Position numbers and translations under genes: made by a program
Notes under the pieces: generated by a model
The model's database searches: none
Seen by the model: the letters and a program-made list of their open reading frames with translations, nothing else
Told to the model about the DNA's origin: nothing
In this document: positions 26,215-33,936 of the stretch, piece by piece
How the letters are laid out: the number at the start of each line of letters is the position of its first letter
Position numbering within the stretch: position 1 is the first letter of the stretch
Origin: an uncultured Dehalococcoidia bacterium
GTDB taxonomy: Bacteria; Chloroflexota; Dehalococcoidia; Lucifugimonadales; CATQGZ01
DNA: 64,000 bases
Reading direction: 5' to 3'
Assembly (NCBI GenBank): GCA_958295685.2
Contig: OY282365.1
Span: forward strand, 702,975-766,974

Positions 26215-27528
26215 CTACGGTCTCTGATGGGAGAGTTCGTTCAGGGTGGTCCAGAATCCCGGATACGATACGGCTGCGGCCTCGGCGTCGGTGACGACCG
26301 TCGCGCCTCCGGCGAGCAGCCCGGCGATTCCCATGGTCATGGCGATCCGGTGGTCGCCGAAGCTGCGGCACTCCGCGCCGGTCAGGGGTGTTCCGCCCTG
26401 TATCGAGATGCCGTCGGGCCGCTCCTCTACGCGGGCGCCCATCCTGGAGAGGCCGTCGACGGTGGCCGAGATACGGTCGGACTCCTTCACTCTGAGTTCC
26501 TGCGCGTCTCTGATGACGGTTCGGCCACGGGCGAAGCATGCGGCGAGGGCGAGCACCGGGAGTTCGTCGATTATTCTGGGGATGACTCCGCCCGACACCT
26601 CGACGGCGGACAGGTCGCTCGACTCGGCGACGAGGTCGGCGACCGGCTCTCCCGCGTTTTCGCGGGGGTTCTCGATGCGGATTCGCGCTCCCATGGCTTT
26701 GAGTATGTCCAGCAGGCCTGTGCGAGTCGGGTTGATTCCGACGCCTTCGAGGGTCACGCGGGCGTTGGGATGGCAGCTTGCGGCCACGAGCCAGAAGGCC
26801 GCCCCGCTCGTGTCGCCCGGCACCCGGACGTCTATCGACTTCAGCTCGGAGCGTCTCACGGTGACCTCGGCGCCGTTCGCGTCGACGTCCGCTCCCATCG
26901 CCTTCATCATGCGCTCGGTATGGTCTCGGGACTCCGACGGCTGGCTGACGGTCGTGGCTCCGATTGCGTGAAGGCCCGCGATCAGGACGCACGACTTGAC
27001 CTGCGCGCTCGATTCGGCGGGCTCGTGAACGATGCCTCGGAGGCTGCCGCCGTGGACGGCGAGCGGCGCGAGGGAGTTTCCCCGCCGCCCGGTCACCGCA
27101 GCGCCCATCTGGGTGAGTGGGGCTACGATCCGGGCCATCGGCCTGGACCTGAGGGCGCTGTCGCCTGTGATGACGCTGAAGAAGGGCTGCGCGGCGAGCA
27201 GTCCGGCGGTCAGTCGGAGTGTGGTGGCGCTGTTGCCTGCGTCGAGGACGGTCGAGGGTTCGTCAAAGCCGTCGGAGCCGCGGCCGTGGACTCTGAAGCA
27301 CTCATCCGCTGCGGTAACGCCGCAGTCGGAGTGTTTCACGATTCGGGTTCCGAGTCCCCGGAGGCATCGCAGCATCGAGGCTCTGTCGTCTCCGTGGCAC
27401 AGGTTGGAGACGTGCGCGGCGCCGGACGCCAGGGCGTTGAGTAGGAGGGCGCGGTGCGATATGGACTTGTCTCCGGGGAGCGCCACGGCGCCTTCGAGCC
27501 GCGCGGGCCGGCCGACGGTCTGTATCAT
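26215..27528 (-). CDS. aroA: 3-phosphoshikimate 1-carboxyvinyltransferase (EPSP synthase)
   Basis: LPGDKSISHRALLL and a length of 437 aa support the call. Confidence 0.9.
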   Translation of the reverse strand: MIQTVGRPARLEGAVALPGDKSISHRALLLNALASGAAHVSNLCHGDDRASMLRCLRGLGTRIVKHSDCGVTAADECFRVHGRGSDGFDEPSTVLDAGNSATTLRLTAGLLAAQPFFSVITGDSALRSRPMARIVAPLTQMGAAVTGRRGNSLAPLAVHGGSLRGIVHEPAESSAQVKSCVLIAGLHAIGATTVSQPSESRDHTERMMKAMGADVDANGAEVTVRRSELKSIDVRVPGDTSGAAFWLVAASCHPNARVTLEGVGINPTRTGLLDILKAMGARIRIENPRENAGEPVADLVAESSDLSAVEVSGGVIPRIIDELPVLALAACFARGRTVIRDAQELRVKESDRISATVDGLSRMGARVEERPDGISIQGGTPLTGAECRSFGDHRIAMTMGIAGLLAGGATVVTDAEAAAVSYPGFWTTLNELSHQRP

Positions 27529-27537
27529 AGCGGCGCC

Positions 27538-28539
27538 TCAGCGCTTCCGCTTGTATTTCCCGGGTTCGGTCTTCGACTCGTTGGAGGTCATCTGGCGATA
27601 GCGGGTCGCTAGCCGCTCTCCGAGCAGTGTGGCTGCCAGGGTCTGCCCCGATGACGGCATCTCCGGTCCGTCGTTCTCCACGAGGGTTCCGGCCTCCCAG
27701 CGGGCGCGTATCTCCCAGGCCCGTATCAGACGGTCGAGCAGCGCGGTGCTGTCCGCGCCGATCTCGTCGCGGTATGCCCGCAGTTCGTCGATCAGCCTAT
27801 CGACCCAGTAGACAATGCCTTCCGGGTTGGATCGGACAGCCGTTTCGGTGTCCACCGGGTCCTCCGACGCGAGTCTGGAGAGTATGGAGAACTCGGACGA
27901 GGCCGCTCTGTGCATCTCGCGCCAGCCGTCGCTGTCGGACATGGCGGTGACGAAGGCAGACGACAGGACGGCCGGGAGGTGCGTCATGGCGGCGGCGTAG
28001 CTGTCGTGCTCGTGCGGGTCGAGGTACAGGGGCCTGGCTCCGATGGCTTCGACCATGCTGGTGACTACGCCGACTGCCGCCGAGGGCGCGGAGGGCGCGG
28101 GCATGAGGCAGTAGTCGACGCCGTCGAATATCTTGGCGTCCGGCGCGGCCATTTCGTCGGGGGTGTGTTTGAGCAGGGGTCTGCCGGCGACGAAGCCGAT
28201 GCCCTTCGGGAGCAGTTCTTCCGCCCAGCTCAGGGCCTGCACCTTCATGTTGCCCGTCTCCGTGACGACGGCGGCGGGTGCGAGGTTGGGGCCGATCGCC
28301 CTGAGTATGTCTCTCATCTCCGACGGATGCTCGGTGATTACGACCAGCCGCGCTCCGTCGACCGCCGACCGGACGCTTCGGGTGGTGTCGTTGACCACTT
28401 TGGCTTTGGATGCGGCCGAGAGCCTGTCGCGGCTCCCGTCGGTCCCGATTATTTCGGTGTCGGTCAGCTTCGACTGCATGAGGGCTTGGGCGAGTGACGC
28501 TCCCACCGGGCGAAGCCCGATTATGGCTATCCGGTCCAA
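27538..28539 (-). CDS. tyrA: prephenate dehydrogenase
   Basis: An N-terminal Rossmann motif (IAIIGLRPVGASLAQAL) and the aro-gene context support the call. Confidence 0.75.
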   Translation of the reverse strand: MDRIAIIGLRPVGASLAQALMQSKLTDTEIIGTDGSRDRLSAASKAKVVNDTTRSVRSAVDGARLVVITEHPSEMRDILRAIGPNLAPAAVVTETGNMKVQALSWAEELLPKGIGFVAGRPLLKHTPDEMAAPDAKIFDGVDYCLMPAPSAPSAAVGVVTSMVEAIGARPLYLDPHEHDSYAAAMTHLPAVLSSAFVTAMSDSDGWREMHRAASSEFSILSRLASEDPVDTETAVRSNPEGIVYWVDRLIDELRAYRDEIGADSTALLDRLIRAWEIRARWEAGTLVENDGPEMPSSGQTLAATLLGERLATRYRQMTSNESKTEPGKYKRKR

Positions 28540-28648
28540 GGCTCACCTCCTGACATGCTGCGCTTCGCCGCCCGGCGGGGTGGGCGCCCTCACCGGTGAG
28601 GGATGCGGCCGCCGCGCATGGAGCGGGGACAGCGCGCGGGAACGGAGA

Positions 28649-28669
28649 GGGACGAGCCGGGCTCGTCCC
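28649..28669 (-). terminator. GC-rich hairpin after the HesB-like gene
   Basis: GGGACGAGC-CCG-GCTCGTCCC forms a 9-bp stem about 20 nt after the stop. There is no strong U-tract. Confidence 0.35.
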
Positions 28670-28690
28670 TTCAGATGGTCGTCGTGTGGG

Positions 28691-29107
28691 CTAGTGGCCG
28701 CCGCAGGCGCATCCGCCGCCGCCACCACTGCCGCAGCCGCCTCCTCCGCCACCGCCACCGCAGCCTCCGCCTCCTCCACCGCCGCAGCCGCACCCGCCGC
28801 CCGCGGGCTGGTTGGGGTTGCTGATGGTGAAGCCGCTGCGCATCAGTCCGTCGACGTAGTCGATCTGGGCTCCCTCGACCATGGGAGCGCTCTCCGGGTC
28901 GACCAGCACGCGGATGTTCTCGGCTTCGATCACGATGTCGTCTTCCTGAGCCTTCGCTTCGACTCCCATCGAGTACTGAAGCGCCCCATGGGGTCCGGGC
29001 ATGACCATGACCCGGAGCATCGAGCCTGCGCCGCCCTGCTCTTCGAGTATGGCCTCGAGCCTCTCAGCGGCTTGTGGAGTGACGTCTACGATTTGGGTCG
29101 TCGTCAA
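28691..29107 (-). CDS. HesB/IscA-like Fe-S assembly accessory protein with a Gly/Cys-rich C-terminal tail
   Basis: The TTG start at 29107 has a GGAGGTG RBS. MTTTQIVDVTPQAAERL…IDYVDGLMRSGFTISNP is IscA/HesB-like. The C-terminus reads GGGCGCGGGGGGGCGGGGGGGGCGSGGGGGCACGGH. Confidence 0.75.
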   Translation of the reverse strand: MTTTQIVDVTPQAAERLEAILEEQGGAGSMLRVMVMPGPHGALQYSMGVEAKAQEDDIVIEAENIRVLVDPESAPMVEGAQIDYVDGLMRSGFTISNPNQPAGGGCGCGGGGGGGCGGGGGGGGCGSGGGGGCACGGH

Positions 29108-29156
29108 GTCTCACCTCCGAAGGGGTGTTCGCGGTTCGGTATCTAAGCTATGCATC

Positions 29157-29186
29157 ATCCTAGCATCGGCTCAGAGGGAGCGTCAA
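29157..29186 (-). promoter_or_regulatory. candidate promoter TTGACG-18 nt-TAGGAT for the HesB-like gene
   Basis: In reverse complement, 29181-29186 reads TTGACG and 29157-29162 reads TAGGAT. Confidence 0.45.
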
Positions 29187-29321
29187 GCGAGACCGCCTGG
29201 CGGAGCCTGTGGGAAGGCGGGCGGGCACGAGCATCCCAGACCCCGTTGCCAGGCTCGTGGTCCCTGGTGGAGCCTGTGTGGGAAGGCAGGCGGGCCCGAG
29301 GCCTGCCACTGCCGCGATCCG

Positions 29322-29565
29322 CGGTTTTCGCCGAAAACTGTCCCAAACTGTTCCATTTTGTTCCATCTCGTAGCTGAGGGTTCGATTTCGCGGAACAAAT
29401 GTGGGGCATTTGTGGAACAGTTCTGGGACAGGTCTGGGACAGGTCTGGGACAGATGTGGGACAGGGGTTGGCTGCTGCTGGGTTGACTGCTTCCATGGGG
29501 GAAGTGTAGTACAGCAGTTCGGCGTTGTCAAGGGGTGGATTGGCGGGATTGGGGGCGATTCGCGG
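29322..29565 (-). repeat. R4: promoter-bearing intergenic repeat element (TGTCCCA/TGTTCCA array)
   Basis: In minus-strand orientation the element has CCAATCC boxes (29533-29565), a promoter (29503-29531) and an array of CTGTCCCAGAC-type units (29392-29466). CCCTCAGCTACGA (29368-29380), inverted units (29338-29364) and a perfect 7-1-7 palindrome GTTTTCG-N-CGAAAAC (29324-29338) follow. The 3' module matches 1120-1224 of R1 at most positions when aligned by eye. Confidence 0.8.
29503..29531 (-). promoter_or_regulatory. promoter TTGACA-17 nt-TACACT inside R4
   Basis: In reverse complement, 29526-29531 reads TTGACA and 29503-29508 reads TACACT. The spacer acgccgaactgctgtac resembles that of R1. 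An ATG lies 6 nt downstream. Confidence 0.55.
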
Positions 29566-29689
29566 GGCGCCCGCACACGTTGGAGTGGTTGGGGGGAGTG
29601 GGGGTGGGCTTCTATTCGGCGCCCGTCAGCCTCGCAAGGCTGTTGGTGGACGTGTCGGCGATGGGGAATTGCATGGGTATCAGAGGGGA

Positions 29690-30193
29690 CTACGGATCAG
29701 CTCCTATTTGTGTGCACAGCCTCTCATTAAGGGCGCCAGGGTCAACACGGCCTTGTCTTACAGCATCTTGGATGAGACTCTTGACACCCCCCTGAGTAAA
29801 TCGGCGGCATCGCTTGGATTCTATGGCCGCAGCTATCCTACGAGCTACTCCGCCGAGGCGCGCGTAGTCCAGCCGTGACACATCAACGTGCATAGCCGCC
29901 ATGTCTGTGACAGGGGTGCGTCCCTTAGTATTCTTCAGAGCCTGACCGTCGTCCAGCAGATCTTTGTCGGCCAGCCAAACAATATCGAGTCTATCAACGC
30001 GTTCACCTGCCGCGGCTATTGCCAGCGCAGTCTTTTCGACATCGCTATCCGATTCAGACGGGCACTGCCAGAAGGACAGTGAGTTCTCTTGCGTCCTCAG
30101 GTCAGCGGTCACCGCATCGGCCGGAATCTCATCAGCCGATAACCCCTGTTTGGGTGTCCACTTTGCGCGCGTGATCTTGCGAGCGAGGAACAT
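29690..30193 (-). CDS. hypothetical protein (last gene of the RM island)
   Basis: The 167-aa product reads MFLARKITRAKWTPKQGLSADEIPADAVTADLRTQENSLSFWQC…. I recognise no family. It starts 3 nt after the upstream gene's stop. Confidence 0.6.
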   Translation of the reverse strand: MFLARKITRAKWTPKQGLSADEIPADAVTADLRTQENSLSFWQCPSESDSDVEKTALAIAAAGERVDRLDIVWLADKDLLDDGQALKNTKGRTPVTDMAAMHVDVSRLDYARLGGVARRIAAAIESKRCRRFTQGGVKSLIQDAVRQGRVDPGALNERLCTQIGADP

Positions 30194-30196
30194 CGT

Positions 30197-30637
30197 CTAC
30201 CCGGCCAGGTCATTGATAACGTCGGAAATGTACTGCCGCAGCCACGGCTCCGGCTCAGAATGCGGTCTCAGGACGTCAAGCAAGTCGGAGTCACCCCACG
30301 ATTCCGCCGCCTGCACAGCGGCGTCTCTGATCTCTATATCGTCAGCAGCCAGGCCGCCGCGCACCAGCCCTACACGCCATGAGACTGTTCCCGCGCTGTC
30401 ATGGCGCCCCAGGCACCTCAGAACCGACGCGGCGAAGCTGGGCTGCGAAGCGTCGGTACAGAAAGCCCTCAGCCAATCAAGAACCTGTTGGTCCTTCGCG
30501 GATTGCAATGCTTCGGCGATGATCTCCTCGGTCGGGTGATCCATTCCGTCTTCAATAGGACGGTCTTCGAGGGCCGCCCACAGCTTATCGGCGAGACGCT
30601 CTGGTGAGTTCTTATAGCGGCGCCGCTGCTGCTGCAT
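30197..30637 (-). CDS. hypothetical protein (helical, HEAT-like by eye)
   Basis: This 146-aa product lies downstream of mod and is tightly linked to 29690..30193. I recognise no family. Confidence 0.55.
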   Translation of the reverse strand: MQQQRRRYKNSPERLADKLWAALEDRPIEDGMDHPTEEIIAEALQSAKDQQVLDWLRAFCTDASQPSFAASVLRCLGRHDSAGTVSWRVGLVRGGLAADDIEIRDAAVQAAESWGDSDLLDVLRPHSEPEPWLRQYISDVINDLAG

Positions 30638-30709
30638 GGGTTCCCCTCTCCAGACTATTCTTGCAGACTTGGGATGCCGGGGTCTATCGGTGAGATTCGC
30701 CTTCGGTCC

Positions 30710-33700
30710 TCACTCGACGCGGAAGACTTTGAGCACCTCGTCGCCGAGGTGGTTGATGACTTTGACAGCGATGCGGCCTGAGGCGGGTTTGTGGAATGGG
30801 CGGGAGACGGCGCTGTGGAGGGTTGCCCAGGCGTCGGCGTCGATCTCGGCTTTGAGGGTGGTCCTCAGCGACTTGTACGGATCGCTGGCTCCCAGGAAGT
30901 AGGCGTGTCGTACGAAGAAGGCCTCTTCGTTGTAGTCGGTATCGATGAACCAGCAGGCGATGCCCTCCGGCCCGTCGCTGCGCACCTCGCCAGTGTTTGG
31001 GTGGAAGACGTCTACGCCGTGGACGGTTACCTGTGACCAGTGGTCAGTGGAGAGTGGAGAGTGGAGAGTGACTTCATCAGCCCGTTCAGCATCCTGTTTA
31101 TCTCGGCGCAGCTGAGCAACAAGCTCTCGGAAGCCTCTCTCGATGCCAGTTCCAGCCTTTCGCACAAGGTCAGAAACGTTTCGAGTTCCGCCAGCGAGCC
31201 CCGCGCAACGCCAAGCGAGTTGAGAAACTCCCCCGTCGTCCTCCTTGCCTGCCCTTCCGCTATGTTCGCGGGTATCGAGGACGCCGCGCGCCGCATCTGC
31301 GAGGTAATCCCAAATCTCTCTTCGGCAGGAAAGCTCCGAGTAAGCGTGTATATCCTCACTGTCAAGTCGATTGATTTCTGCCAGACTATCAAGTCCCGAT
31401 ACGAGCTTAAAGATCTCATAGGGTGCAACTCGCCTGTCTGAATTGTCCACCAACCACTCTTCACTGGCCACTGTGATGTCCGGCTCTCCGAATATGACGA
31501 ACAGGTTGCCTTTGCCGGTGTTCTTGAGGTCGTCGGCCATGTGGAGGTCGGCGTTCATGCGCGCCTTGAGCACTGGGACGCGGCCCAGGCTTTCGAATTC
31601 GGTGGTGTGGGCCTCGTAGTTGAAGGCGCAGGCGATCAGGAGGTCGAACCCGCCGTCGGCGGCCTCGCGGGCGGCCTGCACGAGGTCCGGGCGGGAGACC
31701 GTGCCGAACTCGGGGCCGATGAAGACCGCGGCGCGGCGCCGGACGCCGTCTTCCTCGCCGCCCTCCGGGTACCAGCCCTCGGCGCACACCAGCCGGCCAG
31801 GCCAGTGGGAGAGCGAGGTGAATTCGATCCGGTCTTCCCTGTGGGCCTGCTGGACGCCCGCGCGCTTCAGGTTGTCGAGGATGACCTGCGTGAAGTCGTA
31901 CTCGCTGCCGTAGCCGTTGGCCTGCTCCGCGATGACGTCGCCGTTCTCGTCGACTCCCAGGACGCGGTGGGGCGAGACGCTCTCGACGGTGAAGGGGCCT
32001 GCGACGCGGACCTTGCCCCTGTCCTCGTAGGGCTTGTCGTAGAGGTATTCGTGGTCGGCGCGGGCGGCTATGGATGCGTCTATGCGCTTTTGGCGGGCGA
32101 TGCGGGCCTTCCACCACTGGGCGTGGGCGTCCCTGGCGTCCTGGGGCCAGCCCTCGTCGGCTTCGCGTGGGACTTCCCACTCCTCCCAGCCTGCGCCGAG
32201 GGCCGAGTTCAGCCGCTCGCGCAGCGGCTCCAGCTTCTGCTGGAACGACTCCCATATGACGTCGATCTCCGCGTTGTTGGCGATGGCGCGCAGGGTGACG
32301 TGGGGGACGCGCTCGTAGACGAAGCCCTGCCTGACGTCACCGTAAGCGGCGGCCTGAGAGGGCGACCTGTGGGCGACTTCCGCCTCCTTGCGCTGCCCCT
32401 CGGGGCTGTCGGCCAGCAGGTAGTACGGGTACCGCGCGCCCATGACGCGGGCGCGGGCCAGGGCGAGGGCGACGCGGGAGGTGTCGATGGTTATCCAGCG
32501 GCGGCCCCACTGCTCGGCGACGTATGCGGTGGTGCCGCTGCCGCAGGTGGGGTCCAGCACGAGGTCGCCGGGGTCGGTGGTCATGAGGATGCAGCGTTGG
32601 ATGACCTTGGTTGAAGTTTGGACAACGTACCTTTTATCGCTAGCAAATCCTGCTATAACTGTGTCAGCCCATAGATTCGACAACTTCTTTGCCGCAAAAT
32701 CATCAACTTTCCGAACGTAATACAACTTCCTAGAAGTCTTGGCAATGCGATTGGCCTTCTTGAGATTTTCCATCCCCTCCTCATTAGTTTTCCAGCTCCC
32801 TCTGTCGATAGGAAAAGTCTGGCCACAAAACTCGACATCAAAGCGACCAGTTACGCCTCCACTTTGGCTTACCAGGTTATCATAGCGATACACGCTAGAG
32901 CTTTTGGGAATCTCAACAGTCCCTTCCCTTTCTTCCTTGGTCAACGGTCTATGTTGAAGGTCATCGGTGACGAGCATCCGGTAAGCATTGTCACCTCCAT
33001 CGTAATTACTCTTTTCAACTAGCGGCTCACGATATTTGATGGAATCGTGGTTCTTGGCGAACCAAATTATGTAGTCGCTGGCTTTATCAAGTAGTTCGTT
33101 TCCAAGGCCTGATGTTGTGACATAGCTGATCAGGCTTACAAAATTCTTATCCCCGAACACCTCGTCCATCAGTGCACGGACGCGGTGGACGTTCTCGTCT
33201 CCGATCTGCACGAAGATGGAGCCGGAGTCGGCGAGCAGGTCACGCGCCACGGTCAGGCGGTCGCGCAGGTAGGTCAGGTAGGAGTGGATGTTGTCGCGCC
33301 AGGTGTCTCGGAAGGCCCTCACCTGCTCCGGCTCGCGGGTTATGTGGTCGCGGTTGCCGTCGCGCACGTCGCGGCTGGTGGTGGACCACTGGAAGTTGGA
33401 GTTGAACTTGATGCCGTAGGGCGGGTCCAGGTAGACGCACTGGACTTTGCCACGCAGCCCTTCGCGCTCGGCGAGGGATGCCATGACCTGGAGGCTGTCG
33501 CCGAGGATCATGCGGTTGGACCAGTTGGCGTCGTGCTGGTAGAACTCGGTCTTGGCGTTCTCGGACGGGAGGCCGTTGAAGTCGGCGAACAGGTCTGCGA
33601 ACCCCTGCTGCGGGTTTTCACTCTCCGGCCCGCGCTGTTCCGCGGTGCGGCGCATCAGGTCGTCGACGAGGACTTTCGGGTGCAGCCGCTCCTGTACGTA

Positions 33701-33931
33701 GAGAGGCGGGGCGTCGACCACGAGGTCGGATGAGTCCAGTTCGTCCTTGCCGCGCCAGACGAGCTGGGGGTCGAGGTCGCGGCTGCGGCGCTGGTAGGCG
33801 AGCCTTATGGGGCTGCGCTCGTCCTCCCGCATGAGCGGCTGGTGCTCGGCGGAGGGGAGGTTCCTGCGCCGGGCCTCCTCGTGTGTGAGGGTCTCGACGG
33901 ACTTTGGCTGTTTGGCTCGCTCTCTTGGCAT
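30710..33931 (-). CDS. mod: Type III-like DNA methyltransferase (Mod; beta-class N6A/N4C) carrying an internal ~145-codon insertion
   Basis: A GGAGG RBS precedes the ATG at 33931; the longest ORF starts at 33973. Motif IV (VYLDPPYGIKFNS) comes before motif I (LDPTCGSGTTAYVAEQWGRRWITID). A G+C-poor central TRD spans about 32600-33160. The conserved C-terminal region GNLFVIFGEPDITV//VTVHGVDVFHPNTGE is interrupted at 31038-31473. Confidence 0.85.
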   Translation of the reverse strand: MPRERAKQPKSVETLTHEEARRRNLPSAEHQPLMREDERSPIRLAYQRRSRDLDPQLVWRGKDELDSSDLVVDAPPLYVQERLHPKVLVDDLMRRTAEQRGPESENPQQGFADLFADFNGLPSENAKTEFYQHDANWSNRMILGDSLQVMASLAEREGLRGKVQCVYLDPPYGIKFNSNFQWSTTSRDVRDGNRDHITREPEQVRAFRDTWRDNIHSYLTYLRDRLTVARDLLADSGSIFVQIGDENVHRVRALMDEVFGDKNFVSLISYVTTSGLGNELLDKASDYIIWFAKNHDSIKYREPLVEKSNYDGGDNAYRMLVTDDLQHRPLTKEEREGTVEIPKSSSVYRYDNLVSQSGGVTGRFDVEFCGQTFPIDRGSWKTNEEGMENLKKANRIAKTSRKLYYVRKVDDFAAKKLSNLWADTVIAGFASDKRYVVQTSTKVIQRCILMTTDPGDLVLDPTCGSGTTAYVAEQWGRRWITIDTSRVALALARARVMGARYPYYLLADSPEGQRKEAEVAHRSPSQAAAYGDVRQGFVYERVPHVTLRAIANNAEIDVIWESFQQKLEPLRERLNSALGAGWEEWEVPREADEGWPQDARDAHAQWWKARIARQKRIDASIAARADHEYLYDKPYEDRGKVRVAGPFTVESVSPHRVLGVDENGDVIAEQANGYGSEYDFTQVILDNLKRAGVQQAHREDRIEFTSLSHWPGRLVCAEGWYPEGGEEDGVRRRAAVFIGPEFGTVSRPDLVQAAREAADGGFDLLIACAFNYEAHTTEFESLGRVPVLKARMNADLHMADDLKNTGKGNLFVIFGEPDITVASEEWLVDNSDRRVAPYEIFKLVSGLDSLAEINRLDSEDIHAYSELSCRREIWDYLADAARGVLDTREHSGRAGKEDDGGVSQLAWRCAGLAGGTRNVSDLVRKAGTGIERGFRELVAQLRRDKQDAERADEVTLHSPLSTDHWSQVTVHGVDVFHPNTGEVRSDGPEGIACWFIDTDYNEEAFFVRHAYFLGASDPYKSLRTTLKAEIDADAWATLHSAVSRPFHKPASGRIAVKVINHLGDEVLKVFRVE
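31027..31419 (-). CDS. four-helix-bundle protein (23S rRNA intervening-sequence protein family) nested in the mod ORF in another frame
   Basis: MRSLSSYRDLIVWQKSIDLTVRIYTLTRSFPAEERFGITSQMRRAASSIPANIAEGQARRTTGEFLNSLGVARGSLAELETFL is the characteristic signature of the four-helix-bundle family. It is on the same strand as mod with a frame offset of 1. The longest ORF starts at 31464. Confidence 0.8.
   Translation of the reverse strand: MRSLSSYRDLIVWQKSIDLTVRIYTLTRSFPAEERFGITSQMRRAASSIPANIAEGQARRTTGEFLNSLGVARGSLAELETFLTLCERLELASREASESLLLSCAEINRMLNGLMKSLSTLHSPLTTGHR
31038..31473 (-). mobile_element. inserted cassette carrying the four-helix-bundle gene, bounded by 12-nt inverted repeats
   Basis: The plus strand reads cagtggtcagtg at 31038-31049 and cactggccactg at 31462-31473. 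These are inverted repeats matching at 11 of 12 positions. A GTGGAGA x3 tract lies at 31049-31069. G+C content is lower than in the flanks. The 13-mer CCACTGACCACTG also occurs in R1 (763-775). Confidence 0.45.
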
Positions 33932-33936
33932 GGGGG

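Noticed and set aside
28543-28824. ORFs rich in Ala, Arg and Pro lie opposite or overlapping the Gly/Cys tail of the HesB-like gene (28543-28779 and 28603-28824).
   Set aside because: These are artefacts of the (GCC/GGC)n tract, which is open in several frames. The HesB-like frame is the only one with recognisable upstream protein sequence and an RBS.
31038-31473. The insertion in mod could be an intein, or could disrupt the gene and make it a pseudogene.
   Set aside because: No intein junction residues are present. The insert starts ASEEW and ends …HWSQ, followed by V, with no Cys/Ser/Thr at +1 and no terminal Asn. There are no Hint or homing-endonuclease motifs in the mod frame. A pseudogene call is not justified because the mod frame has no stop or frameshift across the insert.
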